DNA from: Longimicrobiales bacterium
GTDB lineage: Bacteria > Gemmatimonadota > Gemmatimonadetes > Longimicrobiales > Gaopeijiaceae
Direction: 5' to 3'
NCBI GenBank assembly: GCA_965248195.1
Contig: CBDFIQ010000002.1
Location: 3,104,001-3,168,000 of the forward strand
Length of the DNA stretch: 64,000 bases
Below are positions 1-9,877 of the stretch, piece after piece. The notes under the pieces are model-generated. The model was given only the letters and a program-made list of their open reading frames with translations. It ran no database searches and was not told the origin of the DNA. The position numbers were made by a program, and so were the translations under genes. Numbering within the stretch: position 1 is the stretch's first letter; every line of letters starts with the position of its first letter.

Positions 1-301
1 CGAGCTCGGGGCTCCTGCGCTGGTAGCGGCCGATCACGTCGGCCGGCGAACCGTTGTCCCGGCTCCGGGGCATGGCGACCTCGATCTGCCCCAGGCTCGT
101 CAGCAGCCGCCTCAGGTATGTGCCGTTCCTATGGTCCTTCCGGCTTCCCACCCGCTCGAAGCGGCGTGCACCTACCATGGCCTTCAGCTCCTCTTCCAGC
201 ACCATCTCGAGCGTCAGCCGGATCGCGCCTTGAAACAGCTCGCGCAAATCATCGCGTAGCTCGTCTTGCGTGGCCCGACCGATCTCCACAATCTCTTGCA
301 T
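1..301 (-). CDS. IS256-family (Mutator-type) transposase, 5' part, runs off the window
   Basis: Manual translation: MQEIVEIGRATQDELRDDLRELFQGAIRLTLEMVLEEELKAMVGARRFERVGSRKDHRNGTYLRRLLTSLGQIEVAMPRSR... contains the RNG-Y-R-L-T-G-I-PR-R signature. Not in the ORF track because no stop lies in the window. Confidence 0.9.
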   Translation of the reverse strand, partial: MQEIVEIGRATQDELRDDLRELFQGAIRLTLEMVLEEELKAMVGARRFERVGSRKDHRNGTYLRRLLTSLGQIEVAMPRSRDNGSPADVIGRYQRRSPEL

Positions 302-445
302 CGGAAGCTCCTCTCCGGTTCCGAGCCTGCTCTGCAGACCCGGACTCCCGGGTTCATGTGACAGTGAACAACAACAGAGGAGCTTCCGTTTTTCTTTCCC
401 TCCTGTCCAGCTTATCCGCTTTTACACAAATCTAGGGACACTACC
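1..445 (-). mobile_element. IS256-family insertion sequence, left end (rest outside window)
   Basis: Transposase N-terminus on the minus strand. Terminal sequence at 420-445 reads GGTAGTGTCCCTAGATTTGTGTAAAA on the minus strand, resembling IS256 TIRs. Host gene sequence resumes at 446. Confidence 0.85.
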
Positions 446-674
446 CGGGCTAGCTTCCATCCTGTTTGTTCTGTTGATCCTCGAGGAAGCGGAGCTGGCG
501 AACGAAAGTAGCCTGTTCGCCATCGTGACTGTAACGGTGACGCTGAGCGTCGCGTTGCATGGCATGACCGCGGGACCCGCTGCCCGCTGGTACGGATTGA
601 TGACGCAACGGTTTGGCGATTGTGAAGAGAACCGACCGGTGAGTGACGAGCCCTTCGTCGGAACGCCCACATAA
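446..674 (+). pseudogene. 3' remnant of an NhaP/CPA1 cation:proton antiporter interrupted by the IS
   Basis: GLASILFVLLILEE...VTVTLSVALHGMTAGP matches the C-terminal (PR)GLAS...SV-LHG-TA helices of CPA1 antiporters and begins exactly at the IS end. Confidence 0.8.
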
Positions 675-690
675 CGATAGGGGAGCGGAA

Positions 691-1440
691 ATGGCAACGT
701 TGAACGAGAAGCAGCTGGAAATGTGCTCGACCAGCACATGGGACTTTTCGGATCTGAGTGCCGTGTTCATCAACTGTACGCTGAAGCGCTCACCAGAACT
801 CTCGCATACGCAGGGGCTGATCGATATGTCCGCGGCTATCCTCGAGAAAAACGGCGTGTCCGTAGACGTGGTGCGTGCGGTGGATCACGACATTGCCTAC
901 GGCGTCTGGCCGGATATGACCGAGCATGGCTGGGAAAACGATGCATGGCCCAGCATTCTCGAGAAGGTGATGAAGTCGGACATCCTCGTCCTCGCGTCGT
1001 CCATCTGGCTGGGCGAGAAAACATCCGTGTGTACAAAGGTGATTGAACGACTGTACGCGGCATCCGGGCAGCTCAACAGCGACGGGCAGTACGCCTACTA
1101 CGGTCGGGTCGGTGGCTGTCTGATCACAGGCAACGAGGATGGTGCCAAACATTGTTCGATGAATATTCTGTACTCACTGCAACATCTCGGCTACGTCATC
1201 CCACCCCAGGCCGATGCGGCCTGGCTCGGTGAAGCAGGCCCCGGACCTTCGTATCTCGACCCTGGATCAGGCGGTCCGGAAAACGATTTCACCATTCGCA
1301 ACACGACTTTCATGACATGGAATCTGCTGCACCTGGCGCGCATGATCAAAGACGTCGGCGGGATTCCAGCCCATGGCAATCAGCGCGCGGCGTGGGACGC
1401 AGGTTGCAGGCCTGATTTTGTTAATCCGGACTATCGTTAG
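691..1440 (+). CDS. Flavodoxin-like / NADPH-dependent FMN reductase family protein
   Basis: INCTLKRSP-SHT, DILVLASSIWLG, GGCLITGNEDGAKH motifs; ATG 691 after GGGAG. Confidence 0.85.
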   Translation: MATLNEKQLEMCSTSTWDFSDLSAVFINCTLKRSPELSHTQGLIDMSAAILEKNGVSVDVVRAVDHDIAYGVWPDMTEHGWENDAWPSILEKVMKSDILVLASSIWLGEKTSVCTKVIERLYAASGQLNSDGQYAYYGRVGGCLITGNEDGAKHCSMNILYSLQHLGYVIPPQADAAWLGEAGPGPSYLDPGSGGPENDFTIRNTTFMTWNLLHLARMIKDVGGIPAHGNQRAAWDAGCRPDFVNPDYR

Positions 1441-1498
1441 GGGCGTGGGGGGCAGTCATGGCGATCTAGGTGACACACTAGATGACAAAGGAGAACGC

Positions 1499-1756
1499 AT
1501 GAACCAGCAACCTCAACTTTCAGAACTGGCGGCCGCCTTGAAGGCTGCAGGTTCTGCGCATCACGAATATGAACAAACGGTCCTCAACGGCGTCTTCGAT
1601 GAGCAATGGCCGATGTTCTATGCAGCCTTTTTGCTCGGGCGAATAGGCGACTTTACGACCCCGAGCGCCCTTACATCCTGGCTAGTGGAAGTCCCCACAG
1701 ATGGCGTCTGGGCGGACGTGGCCGCAAAATACGTCATCGATAAACTGTTGCAGTAG
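1499..1756 (+). CDS. Small hypothetical protein (85 aa)
   Basis: AAGGAG RBS before ATG 1499; protein-like sequence AHHEYEQ...DEQWPMFYA. Confidence 0.7.
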   Translation: MNQQPQLSELAAALKAAGSAHHEYEQTVLNGVFDEQWPMFYAAFLLGRIGDFTTPSALTSWLVEVPTDGVWADVAAKYVIDKLLQ

Positions 1757-1778
1757 AACCAGCGGACAGCAAACGAAA

Positions 1779-4700
1779 CTAGCGCTGCCTGGGATCGAAA
1801 TCCTCAACCACGAAGACGTCCGATTGCGACGCGCGGACAGCCGCGACGATCCTGGCGCCGCCGTCATCGACGCTAGCGAACGTGACGTCGCCCGGTAGCG
1901 TGAAAAGCGCCTCACGATCGCCGCCGGTCGCCGGGACTCGGCCGACAAAGCTGCCGAATGGAAAACCCTGGATGACGTAGATCCACCGTCCGTCGGAAGA
2001 CCATCCGATGGGACTGAGCGGTTCTTCGTTCACCATGCGTTCCGAGTAAGGTTCCCGAGTGATCAACCAAAGCGCGGGTTGTGGGGGTCGGTTCCAGGTA
2101 ATGGCCACCCGCGTGCCGTCGGGGGAATATTCAGGATAGAAATTCCAGCCTCGGCCCTCGTCTCGCAGGAGAGGACGTTGTTCTCCCGTCGCTACATCCA
2201 GATAGGAAAAATTCCGATTACCCGGTCTTTGGTACAACGGTCTATCACCGGGTGACCAGACGACTCTCATCTCGTCGGCGCTTACTTCGGCTTGGGGAAA
2301 CTCCTGCGGCTGCGTGCCATCCGACCGCATCACCCACACACTGGCGCTTTCAGCGTCCCGCGCCGTGAATGCGATGGAGCTTCCGTCGGGCGCCCAGGCG
2401 GGACTGGTCTGGTAGTCGTCGGAGAACGTGAGCTGAACGGGGTCGCCGCCTGTGAGGGGCATCTTGAAGATATTAGCGCCGCCACTCGTCTGGGCGGAGT
2501 AGGCGATCCAGCGCCCGTCAGGCGAGATAGAGGGCCCTTCGATCAGTGCGGTGCCGCTCGTAAGCTGGCGTGTTTGAGGAAGTTGGTCCGACGCGTCGCC
2601 CGCAAGTTCAGCCAGCCAGAGATTGGAGTACACGAGACGCGTGCTGTAGACGAGGGTCCGGCCGTCCGCTGTCAAGTTGAAGGTGCTGTTGGCCGTTCGG
2701 GTGGCCTGCAGGCCACTGAGAACGACCGCGGGTTCACCCCAGGTGTCTCCGTCTGAAGTGAGATCGACCCGGAGGAGCTCAGCTAGATTGTTCTTGTGGC
2801 GGAGGAAATAGATCGCGTCGCCGCCGGGTGCCCAACGTGGAGATGACATGGGATCGGGGAGGGCGATCACTGACCTTCGGTCGTTGCCACTCGGATCGAC
2901 GGTGAAAAGCTCGTAAAGGCCGGAGGCAGTGGCGGTCAACATGGCCAGCCTGTCGCCGTTGGGAGACCAGCTGATCCCCGCGTTGAAGTCGTATCCATCG
3001 AGAGCCGTGAAGTCGGTTTCTCCGGTGCTTTCGGAGAAAACCGAGAAGCCCGTGGGCGCTTCCAGGGCGAAGGCGATCTGCGATCCGTCGGGCGACCACG
3101 TCGTGAAGGCTCCCGGACCGAGCCGACGGGGGTCGCCGCCCAACCGCGGAATCCGATACACGCGCGCCGGGGACGGCTGGTCTCTTAAGGCAGAAACCGT
3201 GAGAGCCGAGCCATCAGGAGACCATGCGGGCAACAACACCAGGCTCGCGTTGAAGATCTCTATGGCCTGTCCGCCGGCCAGATCCGCTAGCATCAGTCGT
3301 TGATGCTCCCCCGCACGCCCCGTTACGTAGACCACCGACGTGCCATCGGGCGAGATCGCCGCGTCGCTTGCATCACCCGCGAAGGTGATTTGCCGATGCA
3401 TCGGTGCCGACACCGGCCCGGTCTCGGCCGGCCCGGCGAACCTCAGGACGCCGAGCGTAACGGCTGCAGCGGTCGCCATTAGGCCGATCGTGGCACCGAC
3501 GTATCCGACACGCCTGATAGCGGTGCGGCCGCGAAAGCGGTCAGCGGTGGCGGTGGTCGGCCTTGGCTGGGGTGCCAGCCTCTGCGGCGGCTCCGAACGC
3601 GCCGTGAGAGCCTCGGTGAACGCGACAGCGGACGCGAAACGATCGGCCGGTGTCTTCTTGAGAGCCCGGTGGATCGCGGCTTCCATCGAGGCCGGCACGG
3701 TATCGCGGAGCACCGACACGGGGGTCGGCTCCTCGGTAAGGATCTTGGCCATGATCGCCTGCGCCGTTGAGCCGAGATGCGGGGGGTCCCCCACCAGCAT
3801 CTCGTACAACACGCACCCCAGCGAGTAGATGTCACTCTCCGGGCTCAACTGTCGGTCGGCGCTCGCTTGTTCGGGACTCATGTACTCCGGGGTTCCGAGT
3901 GACAATCCGGTTTCCGTCAAACGGTCGCCGCCGGCCGCGCTCACCGCCAGCGCGATCCCGAAGTCAGCCACGACCGCTTGTCCATCCTGGAGTAGGATAT
4001 TCTCCGGCTTGATGTCCCGGTGCAGCACCCCGTGGCGGTGGGCGTAGTCCAGCGCTTCACTTACCTGCGTGGCAATACGGAGTGCCTCGTCCAGCCCCAG
4101 CTGTTTCCTGGCATCGAGGTGTTGGCGAAGGGTCTCACCGTCTACGAACGGCATCACGTAGAAGAGGAATCCGTCGGCCTCACCGGAATCGTGGAGCCCG
4201 AGGATGTGTGGATGCTGGAGGTTCGCCGTCGTCTTGATCTCGGTCAGGAAACGGTCGGCGCCTACCACCGCCGAGAGCTCCGGCCTGAGCACCTTCAGGG
4301 CGACCTTTCGATCGTGCCGGAGATCGACGGCCAGGTACACCACGGCCATGCCGCCCTGGCCTAGCTCACCCTCCACGCGGTAGCGGCCCGCAAGAGCCGT
4401 GTTCAGGCGTACGGAGGCATCCGATCGGGAGGCGGGCTCACTTTGAATCTTTGTAAGAACGTCACCGCGAGTCGGGACGGCGATCTCGTCCGAGACGATC
4501 GCGTAGACCGCCAACGGCTCGTCGACGTTCTTTAGCTCGAAGTCACCGAGCGGAGTCGTCGAGATGTCATGCTGGTTCTTGATCTCGTCATGAGCCTTCG
4601 CAGAGACCAGGATGCTGCCGGCCGTCCCCAGTGATTGGATTCGAGAGGCGATGTTTACACTGTCACCGTAAGGGCCCTGGGTGTCATAGGTGATGTCACC

Positions 4701-5000
4701 CTGATGGATGCCGATCCGTAACGGGACGACGGGATCCTGGCGGAGAGCGTGTTGAACCTCTATAGCGGCGCGTACCGCATCGACGACACTCGGGAACGTG
4801 GTGAAGCTTCCATCGCCCAAGTACTGAAGCAGATCACCCCCGTGCGCCGGAACAGCCGTATCGAGCGCCTGCCGGTGGCGGCGTCGGACGATCCGGGCCT
4901 CCTCCTCGTCGCGCTGCATCAATGCCGTGTAGCCCACAACATCGGTGAACATCACGGCGAGAAGGCGACGGTCCTGGAAGCTAGTCATCGGGGGCGGCAT
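1779..5000 (-). CDS. Class III nucleotide cyclase - Ser/Thr kinase - TM - TolB/PD40 beta-propeller fusion
   Basis: MFTDVVGYT/GDG/RIGIH/VNIASR cyclase motifs; GQGGMAVVY, VALK, HRDIKPEN, DFG, YMSPE kinase motifs; one TM segment; repeated WSPDG units. Confidence 0.92.
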   Translation of the reverse strand: MPPPMTSFQDRRLLAVMFTDVVGYTALMQRDEEEARIVRRRHRQALDTAVPAHGGDLLQYLGDGSFTTFPSVVDAVRAAIEVQHALRQDPVVPLRIGIHQGDITYDTQGPYGDSVNIASRIQSLGTAGSILVSAKAHDEIKNQHDISTTPLGDFELKNVDEPLAVYAIVSDEIAVPTRGDVLTKIQSEPASRSDASVRLNTALAGRYRVEGELGQGGMAVVYLAVDLRHDRKVALKVLRPELSAVVGADRFLTEIKTTANLQHPHILGLHDSGEADGFLFYVMPFVDGETLRQHLDARKQLGLDEALRIATQVSEALDYAHRHGVLHRDIKPENILLQDGQAVVADFGIALAVSAAGGDRLTETGLSLGTPEYMSPEQASADRQLSPESDIYSLGCVLYEMLVGDPPHLGSTAQAIMAKILTEEPTPVSVLRDTVPASMEAAIHRALKKTPADRFASAVAFTEALTARSEPPQRLAPQPRPTTATADRFRGRTAIRRVGYVGATIGLMATAAAVTLGVLRFAGPAETGPVSAPMHRQITFAGDASDAAISPDGTSVVYVTGRAGEHQRLMLADLAGGQAIEIFNASLVLLPAWSPDGSALTVSALRDQPSPARVYRIPRLGGDPRRLGPGAFTTWSPDGSQIAFALEAPTGFSVFSESTGETDFTALDGYDFNAGISWSPNGDRLAMLTATASGLYELFTVDPSGNDRRSVIALPDPMSSPRWAPGGDAIYFLRHKNNLAELLRVDLTSDGDTWGEPAVVLSGLQATRTANSTFNLTADGRTLVYSTRLVYSNLWLAELAGDASDQLPQTRQLTSGTALIEGPSISPDGRWIAYSAQTSGGANIFKMPLTGGDPVQLTFSDDYQTSPAWAPDGSSIAFTARDAESASVWVMRSDGTQPQEFPQAEVSADEMRVVWSPGDRPLYQRPGNRNFSYLDVATGEQRPLLRDEGRGWNFYPEYSPDGTRVAITWNRPPQPALWLITREPYSERMVNEEPLSPIGWSSDGRWIYVIQGFPFGSFVGRVPATGGDREALFTLPGDVTFASVDDGGARIVAAVRASQSDVFVVEDFDPRQR

Positions 5001-5080
5001 CGGACACGGAGTGGTCCCCGGCAGCGGAGGATCAGATTGAGGTCAAAAACCTACGTACCAGTAGGGGGCGCAAGCGAGTG

Positions 5081-5406
5081 TTAATCAGATTCATTCAGAC
5101 CCGCAACACTGAACACGACATGGAACGGCTTACAGCAGATGACGACACTCATCTGCGCCACCAGGTCCACGCTAGCAGGGACGTCGTAGTTCTGGTTTCC
5201 GACGTTGCCCTTGAGCCTGCCCAGTTCCACGTAGCCCTGGGCGTCCAGCTCGCCCCTGGTTGAAGGGTCAGGGTGGCCGGCCAGCAGGACGCGCAGATCT
5301 GGTCCGTTGGTAACCGTGAAATCCTCCAGTCGGAGTAACTGAGAGCCATCCTTCAGGTGGTAGATCGATGCCCGCCCGTTTCCCCGGTGAAACGAGTCGG
5401 CGTCCC
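5081..5406 (-). pseudogene. DM13 domain protein, N-terminally truncated remnant
   Basis: H-G-G-A-I...LRLEDF-VTNGPDLRV-L...LG-LKGN-GNQNY...VVI-CKPF-VVFSVA is the DM13 pattern. The 5' part is replaced at 5407 by a cytochrome P460 fragment on the opposite strand. Confidence 0.8.
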
Positions 5407-5569
5407 GACCCAAGAGGACAGCGACAGCGGCCGCGGCTGGTTTTGGTACGAGGCCACCAGCACCGAGCCAGGTGCCAACCCGTTCATGTCCGGCAACGGG
5501 ATACCGCTTTGCGCGGGATGTCACTCGAGGGGCAGCGACTATCTCCTCACAAGGTGGCCGCTTAGATAG
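5407..5569 (+). repeat. 163-bp diverged copy of the 3' end of the cytochrome P460 gene (9673-9835)
   Basis: Direct alignment gives 10 mismatches in 163 bp; encodes TQEDSDSGRGWFWYE...CAGCH...RWPLR*. Confidence 0.95.
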
Positions 5570-5631
5570 AAAGCGGGGTCAGGGATCGAGTCCGGTTACA
5601 GGCTTCGCTCTACCCCTCCGGCGACCCCAGG

Positions 5632-7212
<1,581 letters not shown>

Positions 7213-7331
7213 GGTTGCCTCCACTTCGTCCAGAAGATGCACTGAACAAAGAAGATACAGGCTGGATTGGAAGCGGTCCAACACGGAGCCGACGGCGGCC
7301 TTCCACCCAGTGGATGGGACGAGCCGGAGAG

Positions 7332-7685
7332 TCAGGTAGTTTCCCCGACCCGTTCCACGAGCAGCGATACCGCCTTCTCTGCCAATGTCTTCCTAGGGAT
7401 CGTCCCCAGGACCTGTTCCACCAAGTGGCCTCGCCAGAAGAAGAGTAGCGCGGGCACTGACTCGACGCCGTAGCGGGTCTTGATCCGGGACGCCCGGTCG
7501 ATGTCGACCAGGACCACCTTCAGTTGGCCCTCCAGTTCTCGTGCGATGGCCTCCACGACCGGAGCCATGACGTGGCAGGTGCCACTCCAATCTGCCCAAA
7601 AGCCGACGAGCACCAGGCCGTCACTGGCCAGTACCACGGTCTCGAAATCACGCTCGTGCAGGATTACGGGGAGTCGCTCTGACAT
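7332..7685 (-). CDS. Thioredoxin-fold protein with atypical WSGTC site
   Basis: [18 protein letters not shown]...[12 protein letters not shown]; cis-Pro loop present, first Cys replaced by Ser. Confidence 0.85.
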   Translation of the reverse strand: MSERLPVILHERDFETVVLASDGLVLVGFWADWSGTCHVMAPVVEAIARELEGQLKVVLVDIDRASRIKTRYGVESVPALLFFWRGHLVEQVLGTIPRKTLAEKAVSLLVERVGETT

Positions 7686-7731
7686 TTGATCTCTGGTGCG
7701 AGGGTGGCCCGGTGATCGATAAGGCACGTGG

Positions 7732-7747
7732 GCAATCCCCATGCCAA
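7732..7747 (-). promoter_or_regulatory. Sigma-54 -24/-12 promoter facing the thioredoxin-activator genes
   Basis: Minus strand TTGGCATGGGGATTGC fits TGGCAY-N5-TTGC, about 46 bp upstream of ATG 7685. Confidence 0.75.
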
Positions 7748-7990
7748 GAACACGAGGGCCGTGGAGCGTGTGCCGAAAGACGGGAACGCGGGCCACCAGA
7801 GCGCAGCACAGCTGGAATGGCGCCAGGGCGTGCGGGGCGCCGGCGCCGAGTGAGGGCACGGTATACCGTGGCGTCCACGGTGGGCCGTGGCCCGCTCTTG
7901 CCGCGTCGGGGTGGGTCCGTGCAGCCCATCCAAACCCGTAAGCCGTTGGTCTTCATGTGGTTAGATCGTCTGTGACCGGCTGCTAGACCT

Positions 7991-8006
7991 CTGGCACACA
8001 ACTTGT
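7991..8006 (+). promoter_or_regulatory. Probable sigma-54 -24/-12 promoter facing the haemoglobin-P460 genes
   Basis: CTGGCACACAACTTGT fits TGGCAC-N5-TTG with T in place of the -12 C, about 80 bp upstream of ATG 8089. Confidence 0.6.
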
Positions 8007-8088
8007 CTTAGCAGTTGTTCAGTGCGGCATCGAGCCGCTCCACCAACCCATTGTCGGCCGAAACGGTCGACAGAAAGGGAGGCACAAC

Positions 8089-8544
8089 ATGCGTAACCGA
8101 CACCGTTCATCAGCTGTCTCCGTCATCCTCGGCGTTATCGCGTTGGGCGTCCTGCAGAGTAGCCCAGCCCTGGGCCAGCAGAAGTCGCTCTACGAGCGAC
8201 TCGGCGGCTACGAAGCGATCTCAGCCGTGGCGCACGAGTTCGCCGGAAGGCTCTTCACCGATCCGCAGGTCGGCCCCTTCTTCAGAGGGATGGGAACGGA
8301 CACCCGGCAGTCGTTCATCCAGAAAAACATCAACCTGCTCTGCAACGTCACGGGTGGGCCGTGCAAGATCCTCAGCCGTCCCGCCAGAACCGTTCACACA
8401 GGGCTCGGCATCACGGAATCCGACTTCAACGTCGTTGTGAACCACCTCGTGGATACCCTGGACGGATTCAAGGTACCCACTACGGAGAAGCAGGAGCTGC
8501 TCTCGATCATCGGCACACTCAAGTCGGACATCGTTGGGCTCTGA
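8089..8544 (+). CDS. Group I truncated (2/2) haemoglobin with signal peptide
   Basis: SLYERLGG, DP-V--FF, TGGP, proximal His in VHTGLGITE-DF; Sec signal ending in ALG-Q; GGGAGG RBS. Confidence 0.9.
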   Translation: MRNRHRSSAVSVILGVIALGVLQSSPALGQQKSLYERLGGYEAISAVAHEFAGRLFTDPQVGPFFRGMGTDTRQSFIQKNINLLCNVTGGPCKILSRPARTVHTGLGITESDFNVVVNHLVDTLDGFKVPTTEKQELLSIIGTLKSDIVGL

Positions 8545-8563
8545 ATGCCTCGACCTCGGCCAG

Positions 8564-8614
8564 GGCCGGGCGGCCGCTTAGCCAAGGCCGGGCGGCCGCT
8601 TAGCCAAGGCCGGG
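8564..8614. repeat. 22-bp tandem duplication (2.3 copies)
   Basis: GGCCGGGCGGCCGCTTAGCCAA twice plus GGCCGGG. Confidence 0.9.
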
Positions 8615-8668
8615 TCTTCTGCCGCTAATTCAGTTGCGATGATTCCTTGGAGCGATAAGGGGTGTGAT

Positions 8669-9835
8669 ATGACTGGCATGGGAACGAGACCGACGAAGGC
8701 CACGCTACATCGGGTCTCGCTCGCGGCTGTGCTTGTGGGAGTATTCCTGACGCTGGCCGCAGCTCTACCTGGGGTTGCCCAACAAGCTCCGGATTTTCCG
8801 AAGCCGTCGTTCAACGAGGATGGCAACCTGATCCGCCCGGACGTGAGCTATCGGCAGTGGGTTTACGTTGGCACACCGCTCACGCCCAACGACCTCAACC
8901 CACCAGAGGCGCCGTTCCCAGATTTCCACAACGTCTACATCCATCCAGATGACTTCGATCACTACAGTCGAACGGGCGATTTCCCACATGGAACCGTGAT
9001 CGTCAAGGAGCTTGTGAGCGTCGGCTCGAAGCAGGCGGTCAGTGGTAACGGCTACTTCATGGGTGAGTTCATCGGGCTCGAAACCACGATCAAAGATGCG
9101 GAACGTTTTCCGGAGGAGCCTGGCAACTGGGCGTATTTCAGCTTCGGCCACAGCTATCCCCTGGCTGACGAGGCTGCGGCTCTGCCGCCCGCCGCTTGTA
9201 ATGGTTGTCATGAAGCAAGTGCCGCGGACGACTTCGTGTTCACCCAGTACTACCCGATCCTTTCAGCGGCTAAGGGACCTGGTAAAGCGGGTAACCCGAA
9301 CAGTGGTCAGGTAATGGACCAGGACAATCCAGAGTTCCAGGCCATTAGAACGGCGATGGCAGATGCACTAGAGGCGGGAATGGGTGGGACCGCTCCGAGG
9401 GGACGTGCGCCAGGCGACGTGCCGACCGCAGACGGGGCCTTACATGATTATCTGCGGGCCGGTACCTATACCGAGATGCCGGCCGTGGAGGCGGGTCGCC
9501 ATCCATCGGCGGGGCCCCACGCGAGATTCGGTGCGCCGGTGCGGGTCTTCATCAACGCGACGCTGGCGGCGTCATTGGAGGCGGGAAATGAGCAACACCC
9601 GGTCGGCTCGGAGGCCGTCAAGGAGATGTATCTGACCGACGGCACCCTCGAGGGGTGGGCGGTGATGGTCAAGACCCAAGAGGACAGCGACAGTGGCCGC
9701 GGCTGGTTTTGGTACGAGGCCACCAGCACCGAGCCAGGTGCCGACCCGTTTATGTCTGGCAACGGGATTCCCCTTTGCGCGGGATGTCACTCGACGGGCA
9801 GCGACTATCTCCTGACAAGGTGGCCGCTCAGGTAG
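8669..9835 (+). CDS. cytL: Tandem two-domain cytochrome P460 family protein (two CXXCH)
   Basis: Signal peptide. Domain 1: YRQWVYVGT-LTPN-LN...GTVIVKELVSVG...SGNGYFMG...IGLE...PGNWAYF...CNGCH...VFTQYYP. Domain 2: GSEAVKEMY...AVMVK...GWFWYE...CAGCH. Confidence 0.88.
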   Translation: MTGMGTRPTKATLHRVSLAAVLVGVFLTLAAALPGVAQQAPDFPKPSFNEDGNLIRPDVSYRQWVYVGTPLTPNDLNPPEAPFPDFHNVYIHPDDFDHYSRTGDFPHGTVIVKELVSVGSKQAVSGNGYFMGEFIGLETTIKDAERFPEEPGNWAYFSFGHSYPLADEAAALPPAACNGCHEASAADDFVFTQYYPILSAAKGPGKAGNPNSGQVMDQDNPEFQAIRTAMADALEAGMGGTAPRGRAPGDVPTADGALHDYLRAGTYTEMPAVEAGRHPSAGPHARFGAPVRVFINATLAASLEAGNEQHPVGSEAVKEMYLTDGTLEGWAVMVKTQEDSDSGRGWFWYEATSTEPGADPFMSGNGIPLCAGCHSTGSDYLLTRWPLR

Positions 9836-9877
9836 CAGCATCCGCGGAACTAAGTTAGACGCGACAAGGAGGCACGC

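Noticed and set aside
270..674. 134-aa ORF as an intact gene
   Set aside because: It is a chance read-through from IS sequence into the antiporter remnant.
5081..5524. 147-aa ORF as a full DM13 protein
   Set aside because: Its first ~39 codons are the antisense of the P460 fragment.
7580..7600. Selenocysteine in the thioredoxin active site
   Set aside because: The codon is AGT (Ser), not TGA.
8564..8614. Short repeats (also 33289, 47967, 51560) as CRISPR arrays
   Set aside because: Only two adjacent copies each, no spacers, no cas genes.
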